In this document: piece by piece, positions 26,495 to 39,094 of the stretch
Numbering within the stretch: position 1 is the first letter of the stretch
How the letters are laid out: the number at the start of each line of letters is the position of its first letter
Source: Lama guanicoe
Lineage: Eukaryota
Length of the DNA stretch: 64,000 nucleotides
Assembly: GCA_013239625.1 (NCBI GenBank)
Contig: MU054212.1
Span: 1,674,001 to 1,738,000 of the forward strand
Reading direction: 5' to 3'
Notes under the pieces: model-generated
Told to the model about the DNA's origin: nothing
Seen by the model: the letters and a program-made list of their open reading frames with translations, nothing else
Database searches by the model: none
Position numbers and translations under genes: made by a program

Positions 26495-26830
26495 ATGCAC
26501 CTTCCTTCCAGCCACCAGGGAACAACTGTTTATTTGAACTTGGCTGTGGTTTCATTCTTCCATTCTGCTCCCTTTGCCTGGAACGTACTTTCCCTTCCTT
26601 ACCTAGTTAATTCCACATCCTTGTAAACTCAGCTCGAATGTCCCTTTCTCTGGGAAGCTTTCCTGACTCCTGCCTCACTTTTCTGTGCTGGCACAGCACA
26701 CATGATGCCCTATTGTCCTAGTCGAGGTAACTGTCTTTCTGCCCCATTGGCCGGAGGGCACCCCTTGTGCACTAACTGTTGTGTCCCCAGGGCCTGAGCA
26801 AAGGACTAAGGCATGAAGGGCACCCAAGAA
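26495..26830 (+). mobile_element. L2 3' part
   Basis: cctttgcctggaacgtactttccc...actcagctcgaatgtccctttctctgggaagctttcctgac. Confidence 0.75.
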
Positions 26831-29800
26831 AGGGCTTTCAATGACCCAGTGCAGGGCTGCACGAATGCACGTGACAATGTCACCCTTTAATATCAAGAGA
26901 GTTTGAGTCACAAGCTGAACCATGTGTCAGGAGATAGGACTAGGACCACAGTCCACTGAGCCTGGAGGGCCTGGAGTCAGTGGCCTCAGGAAGGCAGAGA
27001 AGGATCCTGGAAAATCCTCCTCCTCTTCTCACAAACAGGCATCATGCCAGAGATATTCAGAAAAAAGAAGTGCTCGACTTCTTGCAAATGGAAGAAACTA
27101 CAGGAAACGATACTCTCAATTCCACCCAATTCTACCTCCCCTAGCATTATTTGTGGGAGTAATGGATGTGGCATTGTCAGAGCCAGATGGATGGGTCCCT
27201 GGGGATGCCCCAGCCTGGCTCTGGGTCTGCAAATCCCTGACTATTGAGAACTACCCGGGGCATACCTTGCTTTCAGGAATCACGGCAAATAGAATGTGAC
27301 TATTATGATAATCAATTAATAATCAATTAGTTTAGTAATCTTCCCTTGTAGAAAACCTGCTGAAACAATGATGAATTGTGCAGACTCAACCAGGGCTGAA
27401 AGATGATAGAGGGGAAAAAGTAGCTTTGCAGTTTAAACATACACACAAAACAGAAAAAAAAAAAAAAGAAAGAAAGAAAGAAAAAAAAACTTAGAAATCA
27501 AATCCCCAAGCATGGCTGTCTCTGGAAAATGAATTCCACAGGCACCGACTCCAAGATGTTTTATCGAATGTGCTTGAGACTTGTAGGTGATGCATTGTCC
27601 CTCAGAGTCATTAAAAGAAACCCAGATAGCTGTAACACAGCTCAGCTTCCAAGAAGTGCAGACTGTCCACACTTGTACTTCCACACAATATATGGTTATT
27701 GTTAGATGTGCACATCCCCACATGCTGCCTGGATGGGGGCCTCTTTGTCCTTTATTCAGATGTGGGATAAGGATGCTTTCAGCACAGCAAGATGACAGCC
27801 ATGCCTCCCCACTCAGAGCAGCCCCACAGCCCAAGCATGAGGCAGAAGTGAAAAGTTCCTTTGTTCCTAATGCAGTGCTCATCTTTTGTCACACAGCCCC
27901 CAAAGCTAAGGTACATGCATACCACTTTAAAATCATTTTGATAATTTCTGAAAAACATAATCGCTACTAACTTTTTTTTTTTTTGGTAAGTAAGGCTGTT
28001 AGCAGAGCTTTATAACCTATTGTTACAGACACCATACACTGAAAGCATTTAGGGCTGTGCTTAGGAAAAAAATATCCATGTGGGTTTGTATTTCATTGAA
28101 AACAGAACGGTCATTATCCAGAGTCCAGATGACGGCTCCCTTTGTGACACAGCTTTGGGGGTCCAACAAACCCCTGCCCCTTCTACAAAAGACACTGGTG
28201 AGAAATCCTCAAGGGAATGCTTTGCTGAGACTTCTTAGGCTCCAGGGAGGCAGCTTTGGGCATTTTGTGCTCAGGATGCTGGACCTCAGAGCAGATCTCA
28301 CTTCATTTTTTTGGCATAGAGGGCAGCGAACATTGATAATTGAAGATTTGCCCGAGCAGAAGCCAACAGGGTGACAAAGTTTACTGATCCCCTGAAGCCC
28401 CAGACCCCAAGGAGTGCCTGATTACATCTTTATGTTTTTCTAATGTGCCTCAGACCTGCAACAGTGGACTCTTTTTTAACAGAGAAACCCTTCAAGATGT
28501 ACATCCTGGGTAGGGAGGGTCATTCGTGTCCCCTGGTACCTCAGCATCTCCTGGAATTCTGAAGAGGAAGCCAGTATTTTAAGACTCAGAAATACTTCTG
28601 AGTAGAACCTTTTTGTTTGCATACTTTCCTTCTTCTCCAGACTGACACGCCAATCTGCTGTGGCGCGTGGGTGATCATGTGCTAAAGTGAAGGCACAAGT
28701 GGGCTTTTCCATTGCTGTTATGAGCAACTGCAGACTAAATAATTTTCACCTTCTATTCCAAAGGCTTTTGTTTTCTCATTCACGACATACCAATTAAAAC
28801 AGTTGAACTGAATACATTTTTACATAGAAGCACATTCAAAGGATTGTTTTTATAGCATGAGATTATCATCATGATTATTTCCTTCCACCACCCACTCTTC
28901 TGGTGACACCTAAACCAACAACTCTATGGGAGGGAGGGACCAGCAGATGTCACTGTAGTTCTGTTCATTCATCTTTTCTCTTGACGGGATTCTAGTTCTA
29001 TCCTTTTGGGCTCAGCCGATCACATTTCTTATTTAATCAAAGCATAATGCATCATAACATTTGTAATTCATGTTGTTGTCATTCTTTCATTGTGTGCGGA
29101 ATTGGATACATAGCTTTGCAAACAGAGATGCAAGCGAAAAAGTAGCCCACACACCCCCCAGTGAGGTGTGGAAAGCAAAGGCCCTGCTGGAGAGCCATGA
29201 TAAGATGCAGGGACAAAAGAGCAGGGAAGGGCGTCTGCACACTGACCCTTAGTTCTGATGGACAGTCTCGGCATTGAAGACAGACACATTCCCTTCATTC
29301 TTGTGGAGGTCTTACAGGAGGCATCAGCTAGGGGACAGCTGGGTGTGAGGGCAGATCCCCTGTCAGGATAGCTAGGGACCACTCAGCAGAGGAGAAAGAG
29401 AGCAGGAGTTGGAGATGTAGTGAATCTTTAGGAATAAAGTCCCTGGGGCACTGCATTCTCTGCATTAAAAAAAATCACTGCACTCTTGGGTGAAAAGAAA
29501 GATCCATGTATTAACTTCAGGGTCATGGGCGGAAGGTATGATACAGTTCCTGGGAAGTTCTGTGTTTGAGGGAGAGAGGTTGACCCCACAATGAAGACGG
29601 TAGGATGATCTGCTTGCCTTGTGGTGTCTATTCTGATAGAAAGAAAATCAATGTCGAATTGAAGAAGATAAAAAAGGGCTTCTTCTTAGAAATAATCACA
29701 TCCATCTTTTGGGGAATAGAAAATTTTGTGGTCCTCATTTGTGGCAACTTTGTGTGTAACTCAAGCGAAGAACGTGGATGTCATTCAATCACAAAGACTG

Positions 29801-30232
29801 GACGTGAGCACAGATTCCTCGGGAATAAGTCAAGCTCTCGAGCTTGCGAACAAAGCAACGCTGACAGAGTAAGTTATCTTTCAACAGAAGTTATGATATC
29901 CCCTCTACTGCCCAGATCAGTTAGTGCCTCACTAGCCGGGATTTTATGGACTGGCAGTCTTCCTAGATGGACATATTCAATGGAAAGTCTGTGCCTAGGC
30001 TGAAGTCCTTGTGCTCAGCCCTCCCACTAACCAGCACTCCCCACACATGTAACAGCTGCTGAGTTAGGAGCTGGAGTTCGATTATCCAAGAATACACTCA
30101 GTCCTAGTTCTCCTCTAAAATTTGCTGTTTTGACTTAACCTTTACCCAAAAGTTTAAGCCAAAGCCATCCTTAAAAAGACAGATGCTCAGTTAAGCATTT
30201 TTCTTCCCCTTTCTCTCTTCCTCCTCTTTCTT

Positions 30233-30880
30233 TGTAAAGTAGGCAGCCTTCAAAATGGCTGCCAGCAATCCATTATTCAAACCTTTGTGTAATCCCCTCC
30301 TACATTGCATCAGGGTTGGTCTGTGAGACCAATAGAATATGGTGGAAATGATGGTGTGCAATTTCTGAGTGGAGGTGATGAAGGACCTTGTGGCTCCCAC
30401 CTTCCTTCTTCTTGGCTCACTTGGTCTAGGGAGACGTTGGCTGCCGTGCCCTGAGGTCATCCAAGCAGCTTATGGAGAAGCCCACGTGGAGATTAAGGAG
30501 GCCTCCTGCCAACGGCCATCGCCAACCTGCCAGCAGTGGGAGTGAGCCACTGTGGAAGCAGCTCTTCCAGCCCCAGTCAAGCCTTCAGATAACTGCAATT
30601 CCAACTGACATCTTGGCTGAAACTTCATGAGAGACCCTGAGCTAAAGCCATCTAGCTTGAGCTTCTTCCAGTGAAACTGTGAGAGATTATCGATATTTTT
30701 TTGTTGTGTTTGAGAGCCAAGTTGAGAGTGAGGCAAGCTTAGGGCACCAAATTTAAGAAGACGCACACTCTCAGTGTCATGTAAGTGCATAATCACTAGC
30801 CACACAGTAGTTCCAAATCTGTTCTTTTAAGTCACTAAATCCTGGGCTAATCTGTTACTGAGCTATCGATAAATGATTCT
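30233..30880 (+). mobile_element. MaLR solo LTR, MLT1F-like
   Basis: gtaggcagccttcaaaatggc...gaccaatagaatatggtggaaatgatgg...ccagccccagtcaagccttcagataactgca...catgagagaccctgagc...ttttaagtcactaaat. Confidence 0.85.
30713..30790. mobile_element. MER91A-like hAT MITE half, inserted in the MLT1F LTR
   Basis: gagtgaggcaagcttagggcaccaaatttaagaagacgcacactctcagtgtcatgtaagtgca matches one arm of palindromic MER91A. Confidence 0.65.
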
Positions 30881-31933
30881 TTCTTCTTCTCTCCCTCCTT
30901 TCTGTCTTTGGTTTCTTCGCTGAGTTGCACTCAGTAAGGCTCATTCTGACCTGGAGGTTTGTCCTTTATTTCCCTTTGAGCTTCCCTGTTATCAGCTGTG
31001 CTGTTACCTCTTAGAGATACCTCCTTTTGATTTGCAGTCCAATATTGTCATCCTTCACGCCAGTCAATTAACTTAGAAAGCAGAAGAACCACAACCATCA
31101 TGCATTTGCTACTTTTCTAGTATTGACACATGTTAATGGCAGCTTTATCAGGTGCTATCATATCAAGATGATATTCAGCTTCTGTCGTACCACAGGTTGT
31201 GACAGTAGAGAACATTTTTCTTGATGTGAAACAACGGGGTTGTGGTGTAGAACACAGCCTGGAGTCACGGGGGGTGAAGTAATAGTTAAAGTCAGTGCAG
31301 GTCAAAAAGAACCAGAGGCTTTTCAGGAAAAACGGTGTGACCAGAGCCAAAGACTTTAGTGAGAGGATCAAGGACAAATATCTAATTCAAAACTGGATAG
31401 CTGCTAATTTTGAACACTTGCTCACACTTGAACAGATTGACAGATGCTACTGAGTGACTCTAACCTTTTCTGATCATCTCCAAAATGCATCAACACACTC
31501 AACAATGCCAACAGTAACACACCTTCTCAACCCAATTTTTTCTTGATTTCAGAAGATTCCTGGGAATCTAGAGTTTTAAATGAAAGACAAACCATTTATT
31601 TTATTATTTTGCTTTTGGCAAGCTCGTGTTTCTCTCTCTCTCTCTTGTTAAAGATTGTACTTACACAAAACAAATTCTGCAGTTCAGGAGTCCTTTTAGA
31701 CCCATTTACACTACTGAGGTGTTGTGAAATAAAGTCCAAATTCTATTCAGACCAATGATTACTTAGACAATGAAGAATACAAGAATTTTTAAAAATTGAA
31801 ATCTGCTCGAATTTGCTAAAAGTTGATGACAATAAGGAGGGCCAGCATGTTCTTTCTCCACTTGAAAGACAGACCTACCAGTGTATTATCAACTCTTAAG
31901 AAAAAGGAGACTCCTAGAAAACACTGAATTTGA

Positions 31934-32058
31934 TTATAATAAATAATAATAATAATAAAAACAAGAGGAAGGAGGAGGAAGGAGAGGAGGAGAAAGAAAA
32001 GAAGGAAAAAGGAGAAGTAGAAAAAGAAGAAGGAGGAGGAGAAACAATAGCAACAGCA
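31934..32058. repeat. Compound low-complexity tract (AAT)n + GA-rich + (GCAACA)
   Basis: Seen directly; abuts the tail of a minus-strand MIR. Confidence 0.9.
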
Positions 32059-32059
32059 A

Positions 32060-32240
32060 CATCTATTGAGCATCAACCTTCCAGGCACTGTTTTAAGTGC
32101 TTTTCATGTATTAGCTTATTTAATCTTCACAAAAACTCTGGTGAAAGATCCTATGATTATCCACATGATACGAGAGGACATTGAAACACACAGAAATTGA
32201 GTAACCAGAGATCACGTGGCCCGTAAGTGGCAGATTCAGG
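32060..32240 (-). mobile_element. MIR SINE
   Basis: atctattgagcatcaaccttccaggcactgttttaagtgcttttcatgtattagcttatttaatcttcacaa. Confidence 0.85.
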
Positions 32241-32859
32241 AAGGTTATTCTTGAGGTTACAAAGGAGACGCTACTGGTGTCCTTAGATGTTTTGTCAGTG
32301 TCCCTCAGTACTGTTGTTGAGGTCCTTGACCACGGGCACTTCTAGAAGTGATGCTTTACTCAGCACAACTAGAGGGCCTGTAGCAGCCATAACCATAAAG
32401 TCCAGAGTGGGGAGACGTGGAAGGACCATCGCTCAGAATGGGCAGAGGAAGTGAGACCACCACAGAAATATGTTCCCAGTAGCTTCAAGCAACATGAGAT
32501 ACTTAGAGACTTTGGTAGCTAGCATCATTATGAGAGATACTTTCAATTGAGTAAGGGACACTATCGATGTTTTTCTTTACACCCACCAACCACAAGGAGT
32601 CTTTGTGGGTGACAAAGACCATACGGAAGAGGTCATTCTTTCAGCCTCTCCTTAAACTTGAATGACAGCTTCAGCATCAACACTTCTGCAACTAAAGCGT
32701 AAGGCCCTTGAAGGGAGGGGCCATCTAATTTTTGGCAGCACAGTGCCTAGCACCCAACAGCCATTCAGATATATTGACCTGATATCCAAGGAGGAAGAAT
32801 GATTATATACTTACAGCCAGTGAACCACAATGGACACAAGAAATAACATAAAACTATGG

Positions 32860-33360
32860 CCCCTAGGCTTTGGTGCCAAAAAGGCCTGAGTTCTGCTCCA
32901 GGCTCTGCCACTTCCTGGCTGTGCAATTAGAGAAATTACTTAATCATTCTAAACCTCAATTTCCTTGCTTATAAAAGAGAATAATTGCAACATATATTTC
33001 ATGGAGGTTATCCTGAAGATACAATTATGAGGCATGAGTTGAGAGCATGAACTTTGGAACAGACTGCATGAGTGTTGAATTTTTGCCCTGCCTCTTAATT
33101 AGACATATAACCCTGGGCAAATTGTTTAACCTCACTGTGCCTCAGTTTACTTATCTGTAAAATGTGATGATAATAATAGTACTTACCTCATGGGGTTTTT
33201 GTGAGAAATAAGGTAATAAATATAAAATGTGTACAACAATGTCTGGCACATAGAAAGTTTTATTTGTGTTCACTATTAGAGTTAAGTCACAGAATGCTTT
33301 TAAAGCTCATGGCATTGTGCCCTGGCACACTGAAAATGCTCAATAAATGGTTATTATTGT
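32860..33360 (+). mobile_element. Two MIR SINEs, nested
   Basis: The first core (cctcaatttccttgcttataaaa) is broken at ~33028 by a near-full MIR (cctcagtttacttatctgtaaaatg). The outer tail tgccctggcacactgaaaatgctcaataaatggttattatt follows. Confidence 0.8.
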
Positions 33361-35829
33361 ACATTTTCCTGATAGTAGTTAACATTAGTTTGAAGGAGGG
33401 GGGCATCTAATGTGAAATGTAAATGTGAATGAATCACAAGTTGCTTCATTATTGCAATTTTAATAATGCTATTGTCTATTTCCTGTGAGTGACACTCTAA
33501 ATTAAACTGTTGGCTCATCAAGGGACTGTTTCCTGGGATTTTTGAATTTCTTTTAACATCCAATAGGCCTTCTGGCGAATGTCACATGTTGATTTGTTAG
33601 TGATGATCATTTAGTGGTGATCAATGTTGAACCTCAGCCACAGTACAAATATCTTCTGTTTTATGGGCTATATATTTGGAACTTTAGCAACCCTTATCTG
33701 GGGGACTCTTCCTTAAAGGCACACATTCTGATTTTATTGTGCCCATTTTTCTCAAATGTAATTTTTTCCAATGCTAGCAGAGGTATTGCAGAATCACAAT
33801 GGTAGGAGACCTTTAGACCCCACAGCAGAGCCTGTGGGCCCAGAAATCTGTCTTTCTGTCTCTCACAGGCAGGAGTGATTTCCCAGGTTCTTGTTTCAAA
33901 GGTCTAACCTGGCCAGGGCTTGTTCTCAAATGCAGTCTCTCCTTTTTGCTCTGGCTGGCTGTTGGAAGGACTCGCCCCCGGTTGCTTGTCAGGTGCAGGC
34001 ATTTGGCAACCTGGAGGCAGGCTCAGTGGCAGCTCATGTTTCCGACCCCGGCGTAGCCATTGACAGGAAGGGTTGGCATGTATCACATCTCCGTGGCCAA
34101 CCAGGTGATTGCTTTCCCAAAGGTGGGAACAGGTGCTTCGCCTATGTCTCCACAGTGCCTCTTTTTCTCCAGTCAGGCTGTTTGGTGAGTTGCCCTTTGG
34201 TAAAATCCACTTAGATGGGGCTGGCAGGCAGGCATTTTATGTCTCTCGGAGGCAACCATGAGCACTAGTCTTTGCATTGGAATAGATCGCCAGTCATGCT
34301 GGTCCCTAGGCCCCTACCAACCTTTCCCTCAAGCCAGCCCACCTGTAAAGAAAGCTTACTGGTAGAGAATTTTAAAAAAAAATTAAAGAATTTCTTTTGG
34401 GAAGGAAGATATTTTATGGTAATATTTTTAAACATTTTTAAAGTCATGGGAAACTGCCTGTGAATGAACTTATCAGGACTATGTTTGGGGTTCCTGCAGC
34501 CAGCCTGCCAGGATGTATCTATTGAGGAAATGTCCGAGGGACAAACATTCCAGGAAAAACAGTGGTTCAGGGGTTGTCATTCTGCAGATACTCAGAAGGC
34601 AAATTTTCTCTGGGACCACAAGGCAGGGCTGCCTTTGCCCTTAGACTGGCTTCTTTGATGAGGGGGAGGGGACGCACCAACGTGGGGTCAGAAGGAGAAG
34701 ATTTAGTTGATGAGATCATTCTCCAGGAACAAAATCAGGGAAAGATTGGGATCCATAGCCTGTAAACATCTTACAAAGTTCTGAGACTTTTATGATATCC
34801 CCACATAGTGAATGTTTGGATACCCCTGTATGTTTCCACTGAGTGATTTGTAGAACTTTTCAGGTGAAGGGGGCCTGTGCTTGTGTTTAGGTTTGTGGGG
34901 AAGAGGGCTCCTGGGAAGAATGTATCCTGCTCTGCCACTTGGCTGTGTGGTGTGTGGCCCAATGGGCAGAGCATGGTGGCAGCTGTAGAGCAAAGTGAAG
35001 GCTTGGAGAGAGAGGCAAAGGCTCGAGTTCCACGGTGAGAAAGGGGAGTGCAGGCCAGGCCTCCAGGGTATCATAGCACCCTTCCTGCCTCCTCCTTCTT
35101 CCTTTTGCTCCTGTTAGTGCTGCCTTCGTCCTAAGGACCAAACTATCTTAGCTACCCAGGAGGGAGACATCACTCCTCTATTCAACGAAATTCACTTGAC
35201 ATAAAAGTAAAACATACACACACACACTTGTGTATATATATACGTATAAAAATTTATTTATTAAAAATATATGTCATTGACATCAGACATTTTCTTTCCC
35301 AGGGATTTTTTTTTTTTTTGCAGTTTTAAAGATTCTAGGTGTTTTTAAGAAGCAACGCTACACTCATGGGACTAGTATTGGCTGGAGACTTTTCAGTCAT
35401 CAGTTAAAGGCCTAAGGGGGAACTATTTTTCCTGCAGACGAATTGCAGAGGAGGAAAGAGAAAGATGGATAGCTCTAGCAAATCCATTCTCTAGGAAGAC
35501 AAGATTCAGGCCAATATAAAGCAGTTGCGTTAACTTTATCCCTGCTGCCAATTGATGTGCGTTGCTAAGAGTGGCCTTCCTAGGGCCACAGAGGCTTCTG
35601 TCTCTTTTATCTGTAAGGCCGGCCTTGTGTGCAGCCAGGCTGACCATGAAAAACTAAACATCCCTGCCAAATAGTAAATTCCACTAAAGTAAGAGCTATG
35701 CCCATCCTTGAGCATAAATTCTAAACGTTTAGTTCACAACTCAACCTCATGGACACTTAAAGATTTGCTGACTTGTTGACACTCTGCTCAGAAAAGACAT
35801 GTCTGTGAAAATAAGCATGCACAGCGTTT

Positions 35830-36120
35830 ATCTGTGTGACCTTGAGCCAATTCTGTAGCCTTCTTAGATTACTGTTTCCTCATCTGTAAAAAATACAGTG
35901 CTTAACATTTATTGGGTGCTAACCCTGTAGCAGGCATCAAACTAAGCACTTCATAGTCGTGATCTCGTGAGTCCTTAAAACATATCTTTGGAGTAGAATC
36001 TGTTACTGTTTTGCAGATGAGGAGACTCTGGCATAGAGAAGCCTCAGGTTACTGAGCTGGTAAGTGGCAGAGTGACAACCTGAAGGCAGCAATCTGGCTC
36101 CAGAGCCCATGGTTTACTTA
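35830..36120. mobile_element. Two adjacent MIR fragments in opposite orientation
   Basis: + core tgtgtgaccttgag...gtttcctcatctgtaaaa (35830-35895), then a - copy aacatttattgggtgct...ttttgcagatgaggagact...tctggctccagagccc. Confidence 0.8.
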
Positions 36121-36929
36121 CTCCCCAGGGACAGGAATGACGAAGTTGCCTGTAATGAATTCATTTATGCATTTAATCAGCATCTCTCTGGGGAGTGCCC
36201 TCTACTCCAGGTCCCCTTGAGCTGCGGTGTGCATTCAGTGGGAGAAGGAGAGCAAAGGCTCTTGTGTCAGGAACGCTTCTGGCTGCAAGTAACAGAAATT
36301 CCAACTCACAATCCCTTGCAGGTGATCGGCTTTCTGGAAGTGGTGATTCTGCTGTGTGTCTTTGGGCATTAACCACCCCTAGAATCTTCAGTTGAAAGGG
36401 CTGTACTTTCTCAGGATTTTTCGGGGTGGCACCAAGTACAGGGAGAAATGTGAGGCTTTCAGCTTCTGTGCAAGCCGTGATTTCTCTTCAGATCCATGCT
36501 GGCCACCTGGGGAAGGCCTTCGCTTGCTCCCTTTCCCTCCCCCCTGGGAAATGCCTCCTCATGGGAGGGAGAACACAGATCCCTTTGAGTAGTGAAATTT
36601 GAGGAGTCTGGGCTCTTTCTGTAATAACGTTTCATTTCCTGGAATGCCTGCAGCCCATTTCTGTGAAACCAGGCCATGAGTAACTAACTGGAAGAGCAAA
36701 TGATTTGAGAATTAAAAAATTACTATTGGCCAAACCCCCTGATGGTTCCCTTCATTATTTAAAATTAACTTTTTTTTTTTCAGGTGAGTGCTTGAAATGG
36801 GGAGCATGGTGATTAAATGTTTGGTTACTTCCTCTTATAAGGGGATATCCCTAAATGAGGTTAAATTGTCTCTTATACCCACCTTTTCTGCTCCATTTTT
36901 ACAGCTAATGATAATGCACTCATTGAGGC

Positions 36930-37400
36930 TCCCAATACCTCATGGACCTTGCAAGAGCCTCTCAACTTGTCTCTCTCCCTCTAATCTATTCTGTTCCCTA
37001 CCACCAAATTAATCTCTCTAAAATACTGCTTTCATCATCTTGTTGCTCTGCTAATGAAACTGTGTGGGGCTCCTCTCTACCTAACAAATAAACTCGAGAA
37101 TGGCAGCCAGGCATTCCCATCCTCCACCTTTAGTGCTGTGCCTCTTTTCCCCTTTATTCCCCCATGGGGATTCGTTTCCCCCACTAAGCAGCTCCATACG
37201 CAGTTCTATCTCTGATCCTCTGCTCTGATATGCGCTTGGACTTCTCCACTCTACCTCTCTAGATCTCCTACTCAATCTGTCATTGAAGCCTCCTTCAATC
37301 ATGTAGACTCCTTGGCCAATCTTGCCTTCCTCAGCAATCTCTTCTCTCTACTCTCAGATATTCTATAGTCCTTATTACCCTGAAACCTTCTCAGAAGTTT
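36930..37400 (+). mobile_element. L2 fragment
   Basis: ttaatctctctaaaatactgctttcatcatcttgttgctctgct. Confidence 0.55.
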
Positions 37401-37539
37401 GAGCAAATGCTAGATGAGCTTGTTACTTATGGCTCTAAGACTTGGCTCTACCATTTCTGCTATTTATTGTCTGCAGCAGAATTTGTGATGCTTTTTAGTC
37501 TAGTGAACAATTTCAGGGATGGGTTTGAGTCAGACGTAC

Positions 37540-38096
37540 TATGGTGGATATTGTTAGTTGTCCATCCAATGTCTCCCTTCTTTTTTTACTGGTAAGATGC
37601 CTATTTTATTCAGTATAGTAACATGCCCAGTCATAGTGCTTTAATCTTAAATCCGAGATAATCAGAACACTCAATCCCATTTTTCAGCTTCTCTTACAGC
37701 CAGGAGTGGCCATGGGGCACTATACTGGTAAGTATGCCAGGTGTCTTTGAGAAAGGATTTGTTTCCTGATAAAAGGCATAGTGCTTGAAGAGAAAGTGCA
37801 TTGATGTTGAACCTTTCACCTGTACCCACCTTGAATATCATTAGGATGTTTTGGACCCATACTGACCATTTTGCAACCAGTGAGGCAACAAGACTGAGGG
37901 TGAAAAGTCAACAGACTGACTATGGTAAACAGAAGGACAGGAAGAAGTTGGATGTTAGTGTCTTTGTTGAATCACTATATCAACATGCAACTACATCTCA
38001 ACTTCCTACATGTGAGATAATTAAATGTCTTTAATAGTTATGCCACTGTTACTTGGCTATTCTATTACTTGCAGCTGAAAGCATTTCTAACTTCAC
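37540..38096 (+). mobile_element. MaLR solo LTR, MLT1J-like
   Basis: gaccattttgcaaccagtgagg...tgtgagataattaaatgtc...ttacttgcagctgaaagcatttctaacttcaca terminus. Confidence 0.75.
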
Positions 38097-39032
38097 AACC
38101 ATATTTGTATTTCCAGAGCCCTAAACAATGCTTGAACATTGTATATCTAATCAAATGCTTTGAACCAGTTCAGGAGCAGATGTTGTCATATTTCATTATA
38201 AAAGAGACTTTCAGGAAATGAACATCGTATGTGTTTGCAACTAAGTGCATCAGAGAAATAAACCCTTTCAATAACAAACTTTAAACTGTTAATTCATAAC
38301 CATAATAATTCATTAAATAATAGGACAATTGAGCAAGAAAAACAAAGGAAATAATAGAAAGAATGCATTAATTTCCTGGTTAGTGCCAGGAAAAAAAAGG
38401 TCTTTGACTCACTTTCTTAAATAACCAAAATTTTAGCTATAATAAGGTCCCACTAACATTTACATATTGATTTTCTCCATTTGTTAGTGAAAACTCCATT
38501 CCTTTGAGAGAGCTTCAGCCAAAGCAATATTTCCGCCTTTCTTCCCACTCTTACTCTTTCCTTTCCATGAAAAGTGTGAGTTACCTAATAAGAAACTTTG
38601 AGAGAAAGTTCCAGGCATACTCCACTTAGCCTCTCCCTGACTTCTCAGTGTCTAGTGGAGCAGCTTGACCTCTGGATGTAAATACCTCTGCTAACCCATG
38701 TAGTCAGCTTCAGGGGTCTTGATCTACCCCTGCATAAGTGATGCCAGCAGTTGGAATACACAAGTTCAAATCCAAGGGGATGTGTTAGAAACCCAGTTGT
38801 GGCCAATAGTGGAGCATGGCTCTCTAATTTGGCTTTTTTAGTAATTAAGTTGATGTTTTGATCTTCATAAGTCTCTCTCCTGTGTCTACTTCTCAACTTG
38901 TTTTCAACGTAGGAAGGAAAAGAAGTTTATTATTAATTTGTAACTTTGAATGCTGACTTAAAGCCATGATATGGAATTCTCCTGGGATGTTTCTTACTTG
39001 AGTGTCAGAAAAACCAATCTTCTCGTTTTTGG

Positions 39033-39083
39033 AATAATAACAACAACAACAACAACAACTACTACTACTACTACTACTACTAC
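39033..39083. repeat. Compound microsatellite (AAT)(CAA)n(CTA)n
   Basis: Seen directly. Confidence 0.95.
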
Positions 39084-39094
39084 TTATCTGATTA

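Noticed and set aside
31816..32184. Poly-E/K and hydrophobic ORFs
   Set aside because: They are translations of the AAT/GA low-complexity tract and the adjacent MIR.
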